From Phoronis australis (Eukaryota > Animalia > Phoronida): DNA of 64,000 nt. This document shows, in pieces, positions 1 to 12,700 of this stretch. How positions within the stretch are numbered: position 1 is the stretch's first letter; every line of letters starts with the position of its first letter. A program made the position numbers and the translations under genes. The notes beneath the pieces were generated by a model, which saw only the letters and a program-made list of their open reading frames with translations, had not been told where the DNA came from and searched no databases. The stretch covers positions 152,866-216,865 of the forward strand of contig NMRA01000111.1 of NCBI GenBank assembly GCA_002633005.1. The letters are read 5' to 3'.

Positions 1-167
1 CTTCTTCTGTCCTGCTTCTACCGATTCTACTTGCAGTCAGCAAGTGAGTTTGGCTCAATACCCACTACGATGAAGATGAGGCTGTGCGCACCTTTCGGGT
101 GATGGACGATTTTGGTCAAGAGGACCTCAAAGTGCTGGACAAGTGCTCCATATTGTGTATTGGTATT

Positions 168-432
168 CCACTGACTTAACAGCCCCCTTCCTTGAGGATG
201 CCACAACTCTGTGAAGTACTCCACTGACTTAGTGAAAGTGTTTGGCCCCCCCTTCCTTGAGAATGCCATAAGTCTGTAAGGCACTCCACTGACTTTCGCA
301 GTGAAAGGGTTTGGCCCCTTGAAGAGGCCACAAGTCTGTGTAAGGAACTCCACTGACTGTCTGTTTACTTGAAGGTACTCGCTGTCAATAATCATTGAAA
401 AGGTTTGACCTTCCTTCCTTGAGGATGCCTTG
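168..432. repeat. Degenerate ~60-bp tandem repeat
   Basis: Recurring TCCACTGACT...CCTTCCTTGAGGATGCCACAA units. Confidence 0.55.
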
Positions 433-1399
433 AGAACTTTATTTATCTGCCCATCATACATACCTTTATGTGTTCATATCAAGACAACTTTGGAAATAAA
501 TATTGCAGTTGTCGTTTCCGGCATAGCATGAACTTTCCTGCATGGCTCAAGACAAGGTCTACATTTTGTTACATTGTTGTGGAAAGTATGTTTAATTTCT
601 ATTTACTGTATGAAGCTTGTATTAAAATTTTTGTTTATCATACTTTTCATCAATACATATTTGAAATGATGTTGTTTATCTTTAATTTTTTAAGTAATGC
701 ATTTTGACAAAGTTAAGTAAGTCGCAAACTGCATGTCAACAAAAAAGTCACAAAATAATATTAATAATTTGCCCAAACCAATTATCAGATTTCAACTTCC
801 CTGATTAAAAATCTTGAAATGATACTAGCTTATCTTTTTTCTTGAGTAATTGTTATTTTATGCCAATTTGAAACGACAAAATTGAACGTACTGACTTTTC
901 TTCATCGACTTTGTTGACTTAAAGGTCAATATCTTCGCACAGGAATGTCCAATCGGAATGTTCTTTTCTGCAAATTATTCATCATAAAATTTTCTTTGAA
1001 ATGATGTATAACATGTCTGTGTAGGTTACATAGATTTGTAACCATTATGTTTCAAACTCACAAACTTGATTTGACAGAATTTTTACCAAAAAATTTGACA
1101 CAAAAACACCATTTTCTCCGGAACCGTAAGTCCGATTTAAAAATTTTTTGCACCGTTCTTTTAGTCTTGTAGAGAGCTTTCTCGTGATGTATATTACATG
1201 CACATTTTCTAAAATTTTTGAAAAATGCTGTTCTCCCTAGTAATACCAATTAAAGGCAAGTATAAGTGGTGGCATTTTGGAAACGAACATTTGACTGACA
1301 AGACCGCAATGGCTCACCTTTGGCCTATTTAAAGATTGAGGTCATGAATTGGAGCGTGCGCAGTATAAAAATGTTGATTTCACGATTTTGGGAACTGAA

Positions 1400-2566
1400 A
1401 TAGGGACTGCTCGAAGAAAAAGTTTCATAACGGGAGTATTTGTTCGAGTTGGAAGAACTTAAACACATCGACAACCTCCTAAGGTGTTCGTCTATGCGCA
1501 AAAGGTAGTTATAACAACGTGACTTTGATGGTTTAGTCGGTGCGAGGCATAATTCGCCGAAAAGCTTCCGGCGTACAGAGCGCCTATAGCCTCTACATCG
1601 CCTCTGGTTCGGGCCAACAGAGGCGATGGTCATTGCCTATGGAGACGGTGGCTATCGCCTTCATACGCCAGAAGCTTTTTTTGGCGAATTGTGCCTCGTA
1701 CTGGTTAAACCATCAGGGCTTGGAATTTTCCGCGGAAACGCGGATTTCCGCTTTTTTCAAATGTGCTTTCCGCTTTTTTTATAATATTTCCGCGTAAAAA
1801 AATCGGATTTGATATAAAATTTCCGCTCTTTATGTTTCGGAGGAACGTAAATTGTCAACATTGTGGGGGCATCTGCGACAGCGTGGTGAGATCTTCAATG
1901 GCGTCTCGTGTTATTGTTAAGCGCGGCGACAAATACTACCGCTCTGCAGCCAAAAATGTGTGGGTTGGGAGTGGACGGGCGAGTTAAAAGGACGCAGACG
2001 CATGCTACTGATGGTAGTAACGTTTTTATTTATTTATTTTTTTTTTTAGTCCACCCGATTTTTGTCGGGGAAAGGTTCACATCGACCATTTCAAGGCTGG
2101 TTATCGGGCATGATTTGGGCCGTAAGTTTCAAAGTTTCCGCGTTTTTTGTCATTGGTCATTCCAAGCCCTGAACCTTAAAAGTCACGTTGGCATAAGGAC
2201 CTTTTGTGCAGAGGGATGCCTTAGGAGGCCATCGATTCCTTCCAAGACTAAATACTCGCGTAGACGTAATCAAACTTTCGAGCTCCCATATCAGATATCC
2301 CCTGGCGGGAGAAGTGACTAAGAATGGCTAGTTGCTGATTTGGCAACTGATCGAAAGACTGTTGAAGAAGTTTGGTTACGAAGTTTTTGTTTGAGTTTGA
2401 AGGCAGTAAAGATATCGATGACCTCCTAAGGTGTCCCTCTCTGTGCCAAAGACACTCGTAGCAACATGTCTTTGATGGTTTAATCAGTGTGAGGCATAAT
2501 TCGTTGAAAAGCTGGCATATGAAGGGCCTATGCTCTACTGCTAGTTGAGACAGTGGCACCATCTAC
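1400..2566. repeat. Two adjacent copies of a long-TIR foldback MITE family (same family as 63341-63780)
   Basis: Shared arm GACCTCCTAAGGTG...GACTTTGATGGTTTAATCAGTGTGAGGCATAATTC...AAAAGCT at ~1470-1570 and ~2420-2530, inverted at ~1660-1713 and 2178-2240. Confidence 0.6.
1714..2171. mobile_element. hAT-like MITE with 6-bp TSD
   Basis: 13-bp perfect TIR CAGGGCTTGGAAT / ATTCCAAGCCCTG; flanks AACCAT / AACCTT. It interrupts the arm of an older foldback element, which resumes at 2178. Confidence 0.75.
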
Positions 2567-3715
2567 ACTGGTGCAGAGATAGAAAAATGCAATTGTAGAA
2601 AATTTTAGTGACACTGAAATTTGAACCTGGGGCTGGGTTGCATGTGTGAGAGACTAGCATCCAACCGTTCAGCCGAGAGGCAATTGGAAATTTGCAAACA
2701 ATTTAGAGGCTTTATCTGGCTGTGCGTCACACCTGGAAGTCTGGTGGCACTACACAATGTATGGTTGACCTTGTTATCAAAAAGTAGGACTGAGCTAAAC
2801 AAGTGTGCCCTGTTTCAACCAATCAGCTTTTCAGGTTTTTGTCGTTAACAATGCTAACTGCAGAACAAGAGTAACGGTTACAATATAAAGAACAGAAAAA
2901 GACATGCAATGACTTTATTCGTGAAATTGTTTTGGGACTGCCTATCATTTCGTTTGAATTCTTTGGGGAATTTGATGGCCCATTCAATTTTGAAAAAAAG
3001 TAAAAGAATTCATTGATGGTGGCCGCTGTGCTGAGAAACTCATTCTTGCTCTCCCTGTCTACAGTAGAGTAGTTGCCACCCACCCCTTCCCCCATTTAAT
3101 GACAAATGTTAATGAAGTTGATTGAGTCTGATTCTCTCCAAGGGTAATTTTTATCTTGACTACAAATTTCACCTGTCAGGTGTTACTTTTTGTACAGTTC
3201 CTAATTTTCACTCATGAGTTGTAGTTTTCACGTTGCAATAATGGGCAACGTGTTATCTTAATTTAACATTTCTTGAAGGGGACAGGAGAACCTCGTGTGA
3301 GTGAGGTATGACTACTGGAAGTGGTTAAGGTTTGAGAAGGCTGGGTGTAGCAATTAAATTGTTGGTGGAATTCAAATTCTCCAAAGCAAGGATTAGAACA
3401 CAGGCATTCATAGAAACAGTTTTTAAGTTTTAGAAGCTTCTTCAGTGGAAGACTTCTTAACATTTTGTTTTTACTTTAAGGACATTAGTTGTGTATTTAT
3501 CTGTATCTCTTGATGACATTCTGCAGTGAGACTGACAAGTAGATATTTGAGTTGAATGTTTCTTCTGTCACTCACTGGGAAAACAATCCATCAATGGATA
3601 TCATATTCTAGTTCACTGATGACTGTCACACTTAAAATAATAAATAATTAAGCTTTGTGAACTTTATTCTGTATATTGATGGGTGTCTTTGCTCATGCGC
3701 CTGATTTTATTTCAG

Positions 3716-6700
3716 AAAAGAATTGCGATGCACTAAAAACAAGATTCAATGAATCAGTGTCAGATTTATGTGAAAGTAAACTGAAGAGAGAACTGACATC
3801 AAACTTGGAACAATATTCTGCCATATTTGTAAGGTAAGTTAGAATTGGTGTTCAATTATTATTTATAAGTTCTCTATCATGGTCTAATACTTGGGCCCGG
3901 TCTCCAATCTCCAGTCACCTATTTCACGAACGCGGGGCGCTGCTGTCGTGTTGATCGAAAACGAGGCGCCTTGACAAACATGGCATCGTCCTTCAAGGTG
4001 GTGTGGTCAAAAGACTTATCAACGTTATCAAAAATCAAGTTGTCTGATGTTGAATCGATCTCCAAAAAACACACCAATACGCACGGCAACTAGACTTTTA
4101 CCCTCCTCAGCCATTGCTTCATAGTTTTCCCTCTTTTGGGAAAGTGTGGAAGTCATGGATATACCCAGGCTTTTAGTCTTGAAAAACCCTGCTCGCCAGC
4201 TGGGCGAGCGCCGGATCCAGAAAATCTACTCGCCCGCTCCGAAGTTCAGTCACCCAGCCCTTGGCGCCAGTCACCACAAACTTGCTGATAATTTAAATAA
4301 AAATCATCGTTTCGTGCACTGATGTCACCATCTATTAAGGCTACCGTATTCACCCTAATAAGCGCCCAGGGGGATGCTTTTTGTAGCCTACGGCGATTAA
4401 AACCCGGTCTCCGAAATGGGTGAAATCGGAAGCTAGGATTCATCAAATTTACGCGCTGTGACGTATGTGTAACCTATGACAGACTTTCTACAAAACTGTG
4501 GTGCATTGCTATCAAACTCTGTTGTTAAATTACGATCTTTTAAAAAAAATGTGCTGAGTCCCAGGGCAAAAACTTGCCGACTGATGCGTTGCTGCTTCGC
4601 GATCGTCGATAGGACAACTTGAATTCTTGAGTAAAAATAGTTTCTACTCAAATTACCTGAAATCCTCCTTAAGTTTTCTAAATAGCCTTTCCTAAGATTC
4701 TTAAGTTCCTGTGGACTCCGAGTCGGGATTAACTGCAGATTAAGTCAAAAATCTGCGCTACATCGCACCCCGCAACGAGAAAAATCTGGACGAACACATA
4801 TGTTGTTGTCACGTGACGTTTGTATTGAAGTGAGTCAACAGGTGTGCACCGAGTGAGCGAGCGCGTGCGTGTCATCAGTGTTCATTTGCAAGAGTAGCAG
4901 GCCCAATGAGCTGTATATGTACTTATTGATATTTATCTCATTGAGCAGGCCCACATATTATATGTAGGCCCTAGCGCGCGCTTCTTGGCCAAGTTTCGAT
5001 TCGCGGTTTTTATAATTTTACGTGTACAAAGCAATCTGGATTCCTGTTGTGGGAGAAAATCTGTACGGGAAATATACAATACCAATCCCGTTGACCAGTA
5101 CGCTGCTTCTGTTCTGAACTGAAGGGCCAGACCATAGTAGTGTGACACTTTCTTCGCAAGATCAGCAAATCTTTTGCGTTCTTTTTGAAGCACTGCGGAA
5201 CGGTTTGAAGTGTACAGCCACGGCTAAATACCGACATAGCGGCGAGGCTCGTGGTCTACTAGAAATTCCGCACACAATGATTTTTCAGGAGTGCCGGATT
5301 ATTGATAAATTGAATACATTACTGTAGAATTTTAGAACTGTGAGGTAAGACATTTTTCGCACAAATATATACACATTCATGGACTGGGCGCTTATTTTAG
5401 CGAAGTCTGAAAACGAGTGGGGACGCTTATAGTGGCATGGGCGCTTATTAGGACGAATGTTATAAAAATAATTTTGGCTAAAATGACATTGTACATTACA
5501 ATAAGAAATCAGTTCCAATAAATATGGTATTTCATTTGCTATGAGCACATGGACGGGTCTTCCACCTTTCTCCCCTTTTCTTCGTTTCGGACTAGTCCAC
5601 AAATTCTTTGTGCACGACCACACACTGATTTTTTTGACGAATCTCGTAACGGGTGACATGTACTGAATCGGTAGGGTCGCACTGCGCCGATGTTTTTTTA
5701 CTGCCGGAGCATCGACACGATGACCAAACTGAACCTTAAATTCATGATAAAAACAGCACAAGGAGGAGGAAAATTATTCATATTCATCTGGGAAACGATA
5801 TATAGTGCTTTTGCGCTCTGAAATTCGCTCGCCACCTGGGCGACCGGCAAGTCAACTTTTACTCGCCCAGCACCATTTTTACTCACATTGGTGACTGGCC
5901 GAGTGGCTAAGTATATCCCTGGGAAGGATACCGACGAGTTATTACTGGAATTGGTACGTTCAGGCGCTGCACAGTACACCATCATGGCCAGCTGATGATC
6001 ACTCACGAAGTTTTATCAGTGTGCCTCATTTTCGATCAGTATTTAAAGATGGCGCGGAAAGATGGCGCTTTCGTGAAATAGGTGAATACTCAGACTCAAA
6101 TCATGCTCAAACTCAAACTTCATACTCAACTTGAATACATACTCAGTTTTGGTGTATTCAATGTCGTACTCGAAAAATCTGTACTAGAAATTTCGAGTAC
6201 GTACTCAATTTTCGAGTATACTCGAAATGAAGTGTATTTCATTTATATTTCGAGTACGATTTTGAGTAAAATTCCGAGTATATGCTCCAAATTTCAAGTT
6301 TGGTCTGGCAGTGTGCTTGAAATCGTACTCAAAATAAATACGAGCGAGAGAACAAAATATCGAAAGGCCACCGAGAGACACAGCAAATCTAAAAAAATTA
6401 AGTCCTCTTACCACATTTCAGCGCCTCAATTTCAGTTCAGAGATATTAGTTTTCATTTTATATCTTCTTATACTTCACCTTGTTAACCCGCCGTATCACT
6501 GCATGTCATGGCTGCCAATTTATAAACTCCTTCTCACTCTACGATTCCTGGCAACAGGCGCATTCTAATCCCTTGTCGGCGAGTCATTTCAAGTGTCGAA
6601 AACAGTTGTGGGAAAGTCGTTTGAGAAGTTTATGCTTCCCTTATTTCAGTAAGTATGCCTACGGTTTGTAGGGTTCCAAAAGACAAGGAGGCGAGGAAAG

Positions 6701-9700
6701 TTAAAGCCATAATTCCTCAATCCCCGAATGGCATTCTAAATTTTGTTTGCCGATTTTAAGTAGACGTCTCGTCTTGTTCACTGATGAACACTGAATGCCT
6801 GTACATGTAGTGTTTCTGAACTCACGCGCCAAATATCGGCTAACTTGATACATAATGGTAAAATGCAAAGATACAGTATCAAAGTTTTGACATCAGCATA
6901 AGCCTGAACAGCAATGCCGGGTTCTATGTCAAGACTAAATTAACAAGAGAACAGGGGTTGACCAGGAACCAAACAACTGCGGCCCAAAAATGTCGACTGG
7001 AGTTTCGGGCTCAGTGACGTGGACAACTGGCTTACTAGAGAAGAATGCTAACGCTGGCAATTAAGGTACAAACTTTTGAAATTCGACCTCCTGTCAAAGT
7101 AGATAGGCAATTCGAACTCTCCCTTAAAAACGTTGGTTGCAGGACTGTGATACGGTACCTGACCCCCGGGCCCGGGGTCACAGGCCCACCACTGCATCAA
7201 TGCGAAAGAAAATTTCAATAGTTGGTGTGACCATGCCAATCTTAGGAGTAAATGTGTCAAGTGTAGGGGAGAATGAACTCATTTTGCCCCCTGGCTAAAT
7301 CAGACACTGGGATTGTAGTTGCCTCGCTCCGGCCGTGACTTTCTTTGATGTGATAAGCTGTTACAAATTTCTTAGACATTTTCGGGAGATGAGGAACTCA
7401 AGAAGTAAAGCTTAATAATTGGCAATTGTATCAAGAAATGTTATAAGAATATTGTATTAAAACTGAAAAAATCAATAACAGTTGAAGAACACTCATTGCA
7501 TTATTTCTAAAACTTCGCACTTCCACGTTATACTCTTGTAGTTGTAGCGACAGCAGACGACAGTTGCTAGGGTTTCAGTGCGACTTTGCGTGGTGTTGCA
7601 TTTCACATCATAAAGAGTTCCATAGCAACTCGATTACGATTCTCAGATTCGAGTACGTTTGGAGTCTACTCGAAATGCAACATTAGATACGCTTTTTTGA
7701 GCATGACTCCAGTGAGCACGATTTTGAGAATGAAATCTCGAGTATGAGTATGAGTCTGAGTACGGAGATTGGAGACCGGGCCCAGGACTTGATAAAAGCT
7801 GCAAATCATTCTTGTTGACTCTCAATGCACGCAGTAACATAGCTGCATAGTGCTGTAATCTCTGGTTTTCGGCATTCAGGACTGCCTCCTGAACCCTCTT
7901 GAACATGCTTCGTGAGCCTTGGCACTTCTTTTATCAAGGAGACAATGGCTGATTTTTATAGTTCTGACTGCTGTTGTGCCCAAGCAATTCCATTTTCTGT
8001 ATTTGCCTGAACTTCATTCCATCTTCTTTAAAAACTTTGTATCATTGCTTGCTCGCTTCAGTAATGTTAGTGAAGTACAGTCAACTGCACAACGTACACA
8101 AGAAGATGGTCAGAATGGTGCCATGGAAAGTTACCTGTGTTTTAACCTGTATTCCAAAAGGGGGACGGTGATGCATCATTCAGTGTCTTCACTTCCACAG
8201 CCACAACAAGATAATGTGTGTAAGTATTCTAGTGTTTAGTTTTGATGCAATGTAAGACCAGGTCAGGTTGCTGAGACATAGGTTTCTGAATAAATTGGAC
8301 ATAAACCAGAACCAAGCATGGTATATTTTGCCTAAAGGCACTAAGTGTTATTTCACCAAGAAGGTAAATGGCAATGAGAGAAATTTTTGCATAAATTTTA
8401 GTGATAATTGATGATGTACCCCACTTTTAAGTGAAGGTGGATGCTATTTGTAGAAACAGGTTTGGTACTGCACTACCATTTCGACATCTAAGCATGAATT
8501 TAACTATTGAAAGAAGAAAGAATGACCATCTTTTCATGTTCCTCCTCGGCATTTGTGAAATTTCATTATTCATCGTAATGCGCATGACTCAGAACTTGAG
8601 AAAATGCAAAGAATAACGTTTTTGGGTCATTTTTTATGCGCCCACATATTTATATGTGGACGCATTATGCCGTCATCTCCGTCCGTCCGTCCGTACGGGC
8701 AGCGTCCTTCCGGCGTCCGCTGCTCTATCTCCAAAACCCTTTGACATATGTTCATGAAATTTGGCACATATGTTCCATTCATGAATGGGACGGCATATGC
8801 GAACTTTCGGACGGATGCGACTACCGGTGTGCCCCCTAGTGGCAATTTTAGTTTTTTACGCTTACCTTTGTATCTTCAAAAGTCCTGAACGGATTTTCAT
8901 GAAATTTGGTATGTAAGCACTTATTAGTGAGATGACGCTATCCTCCCGTTTTCAGATGGATTCGACATAGTTTGCGCCACCTAGTGGCCATTTTTAGTGT
9001 TTTCGAGTGTGTTTTTGTGCGTCAACCCCTCTATTAACCAAACTGCTCTAAGTATGATTGTGAAAATTGGCATGTATTTTCTTACTATGAAGAGGACGGT
9101 TGACGCTGAATTTCCCATGACTTTGATTACTGTGGAGCCTTCTAGTGGCAGTTTTTTTTTTGCGCCCATGGCTGTATCTCCCAAACCGTTTGCAGGATCT
9201 TTACTAAATTTAGCAAGTGTATTTATGTGATGTTGACAACGGACGATGACGACTTTAGGATGATTCTGACTACCGGTATTCCTCTAGTGGCAATTTTAGT
9301 ATTTGCCTCTAGTGGCAATTTTAGTATTTTACATTGACCTCTGTATTTTCTTCAGGTGTGTACTTTGTGTTACTTCGTGACTATGAAGGAAAAGTTCCAA
9401 GTAGAAATTTGTTTCTGGCATTCTAATGCTGTGCTAATCTCGTATGTTGGTAAATTTGTTTTTAATTCTATGTTTCTGTGGTGCTTTAAGCAACTGGTGT
9501 ATAGGATGTGCTTGTATTATGAAGATTACTCACATTTTGCCCCTAGCCTATTGAGGAGACAATGACCATGCCTTTCCATTTTGCAAAGTACAACATACTA
9601 CATATATGCCCTCTACTGGCCACTTTATGGTACCAATAAACAACCCTAGAAGGATACCGTATACGGTGCAATTGTGGGCGCATTTCAACGCTCTGCGTTG

Positions 9701-12700
9701 CTCTTGTTTGTATTTTTATCAAAAAAATCCTTTTTCCAAAAAGGTTGTTGCTGTTCTCAGAAATTTCCTGTAGTCTACTACAATTACAAGAACAAAACCA
9801 TGGTTTTTGTACTTGAAGATTTGGCAGTTGTGCAATATTTTGTCACGATTTCGCTTTCACATCAAAAGGATAAACTTAGTGTAATTCTTTGCACCCTGTT
9901 AAATTAGCTGACTAAAAAACTTTTGAAAATCGAGTTAAGCCCTTTACTGTCTAGATTAACAATTTCAGCATATATATACACCATTTTCAAATTCATGCAA
10001 TTTTAGTCCTGGTGTTACGTCAGCATCATTTTTACCAGCCTATTTGAATTATTTCTTAACTTTCAGACAATGTGTTTCTGTCAAAGCAATTTGGTCACAG
10101 TGATGTCAGTGATGTACTGAATGGTGTTTCTGGAGAACAGGTAAATTGAAGTGAATCTAATCTGTTGCTAGCTTAACTGGTTTTAAAGGACCTCCGGCTG
10201 ATGTATGATATTATGTAGGTCTCCGGTCAACAGAGATGGTGTTGACTTAATTGCAAAGTCAATGGAAATAGGTTTGAAACATTTGTTGTAGTCGAGTATC
10301 GCTATATCCAATGTTTATGCACAATATTTACTAGAAAAGTGGCAATATCTTTTCTGACAACATTAAACATTAAGATGTTCTAATGCACAATTAGAACTGT
10401 GCATCTATCGTGAAGTGGCAGTTGTTGTCAATTTTTGAAAAACCTATAACTGGGAATTTAGACAACTACTTTGTGCAAAATAAGTTAACCAGTACTAGGT
10501 ACTTTAATAGGTTACGACCTTGGTCTGAGCATATTGAAAAGTGGTAGAGTCTTACCTAAACAGTAGCATCAAAGGCATTTTAGTTCATAAGCAGTGTCCT
10601 TGTTAACGAAAAGAGCATCTGTGTAATTTTGTCCTGAACGGGTGTTTCTCAGCTGTTTGCTATGAACACGGGTTACTGTGAACTTGGATAGGAAAAGTAG
10701 CAATTCATTGATACCTTGGTCAGACCTCTTAAAGGAGAATGCCATCCAATTTTATTAGTCTTTTTTACTGTCTTAATTGGTCTATGTCCACATCGCCTCT
10801 TATACGGTTGACCTCACCTTGCCGAGAGATGTCGCGTTAACCTGTGAGGAAGGTGAGAAATGACGCAGCGACGTCGGTGGTTCATCTGCAGAGTGAATGC
10901 CGCTATATCGCGGTGCATCGTTTCCGCTTGTCCGAACTATGAAGCTGCGAAGAAAGCGGGTATATCGTTTTTTCGACTTCCTCGAGAGCCCGAAATGCTT
11001 AGGAAGCGGCTCATGGTAGTGAAGAATGAAATGTACGCTGTAAATAGCATGTATGAAGCCAATGAAACATCTCCGTGTCTGTGGCCGGCATTTCGTCGAC
11101 TGTAATTTCTCTGACGAATTCCGGCTTACCAAAGAACTATCCATACGTTCCGTTGCCTGTGCATGTTCACGGGGCCTCTCTAGTATTTCTTGATCAGTGT
11201 ATTCCGGTTCGAATTGATAGCCTGTGAAACCTACCGATCCGATCCGTGAAGTCTTCGTCGGATGAGCTCTTGACTAAGTCGGGATTGGCGCCGGGCGAGT
11301 TGCCATGTAGACGTTTATTATTCTGCGTTCCGTTTCAAAATGAATTATTCTCATCCTAACCAATGCTTATATAAAACTGAAACAATGTCTGTCTCATTAG
11401 ATACAATTTGTAATGCCTTTGCAGTATTTGTGAGGGCAAATGTTGAGAAGCCAGTAATGAATAAACCACTGCGTTACCGGCTTTTGGTGCCGGCAATTAA
11501 GGTAATTGACCGGGCACCGACTGAGGCTGTGTGAGTGCATGCTAATTCAGTGTTTGCTGACAGAATGCTGTTGTGAAACAATTACTCGATTTTATATCTA
11601 TGGTCACATATTAGGGGAATCTTTATTCAGAAATACAAATACATTATTCTAATCATTTTTACATTTGCCCTGGCGGTCTTTGGAAGGGGAACCCAACTTC
11701 GCGGCCCCCAACAAGTAAGTAGATTTTCAGTTTTGTGGCTAATTCCCATTATTTCTTCGGCTCACTATTATAGTCTTTTCCTGACTGGAGGTTTAGTTTC
11801 CAACTCAAGCTGGTTTATGCCGCGATGGGCCTGATGGGGTTCCAAGCCACTGACCAGGATAACGAGTCAGTCCGGCTGCGACGGGCCTGATCGCCGGGGT
11901 TCCGAGCCCTGGTCGGCCGATAGCAAGCATTTTGTGTGTTTAGAACTCAAAAAATCATAAGTCTAAACAACACAGTTCTAGGTTCTCCTGTCTGTAATTC
12001 ACGGAAGAATTCTTCGAATTTATCTCCGAACAGACCCCAAACTCCTGCTATGGACCTTGGTAAATTGGTCTGCCGAACTTTGTAGGCTACGGTGTGTCCA
12101 AATACCAATAAATCCATGACAGCGAAATAAAACAACACGTTTTCATAAGAACTCGGTGTATTTTTAAGGGTTTTACATCGAAGTTTGATTATTTATTGGT
12201 GTTAAACGATGAATTCAAGCGATAACCTGACACCAGTAACCCATGTTGTGAAGTGCTGAGCAGACAGCGTGTGAAACCAATTAGGTCATTGGATAATTTC
12301 AACAGCTCCGTCTGCCGTCAGGTTTCAGGTAACGCAACCGAACGTGCCGTTATCGAGTAGAACTACTGAATCTAAATTGATACAAAATGGGCTGTTTTTT
12401 GGGTGGCATACTCCTTTAACACATTTGACTCAACTCCATAATAACTACAATTAACAGTCTGATTCTGTCTAGTCCAACTGATTGGACAACCAGCGGTCTT
12501 TTGTTTTCCCTAAGAAGCATGGAATTAAAAATGATGGATGGTATTATTATAATCGGCATTGGTAGTGTCAAAGGCACTTTTAATTGCATGTGCTTGATGT
12601 TACAGGGTGTTAGAAAAAGATATGTGGTTAATTAGATCAACTTTAATCCCATATTTGGTCTTGGAATTTACAGGGTGATGCAAAGAGATACGCCTGGTTA

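Larger units (their letters stand above)
3915..6085. mobile_element. ISL2EU-like deletion derivative with convergent ORF stubs
   Basis: 16-bp perfect TIR TCACCTATTTCACGAA; flanks AG/AT consistent with a mutated AT duplication. - strand THAP stub from 5985 (MMVYCAAPERTNSSNNSSVSF|HTFPKE..KQWLRRVK); + strand stub at 3980 (MASSFKVVWSKDLSTLSKIKLSDV). Confidence 0.6.
3890..7786. mobile_element. Non-autonomous TIR element (possibly Harbinger group), outer layer of nested stack
   Basis: TIR GGGCCCGGTCTCCAATCTCC at 3893 and its inverse ending 7783. The TIR continuation (TACTCAGACTCA) resumes at 6087 after an insertion. Subterminal TACTCA-like repeats. TSD not cleanly resolved. Confidence 0.7.

Noticed and set aside
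27-461. 144-aa ORF
   Set aside because: It overlaps a degenerate ~60-bp tandem repeat and has no recognisable domain.
8627-9565. Duplicated ORFs (MRPHIYMWTHY..., also at 18048-19594) as a gene family
   Set aside because: They lie within HINE repeat copies inside introns and have no protein motifs.
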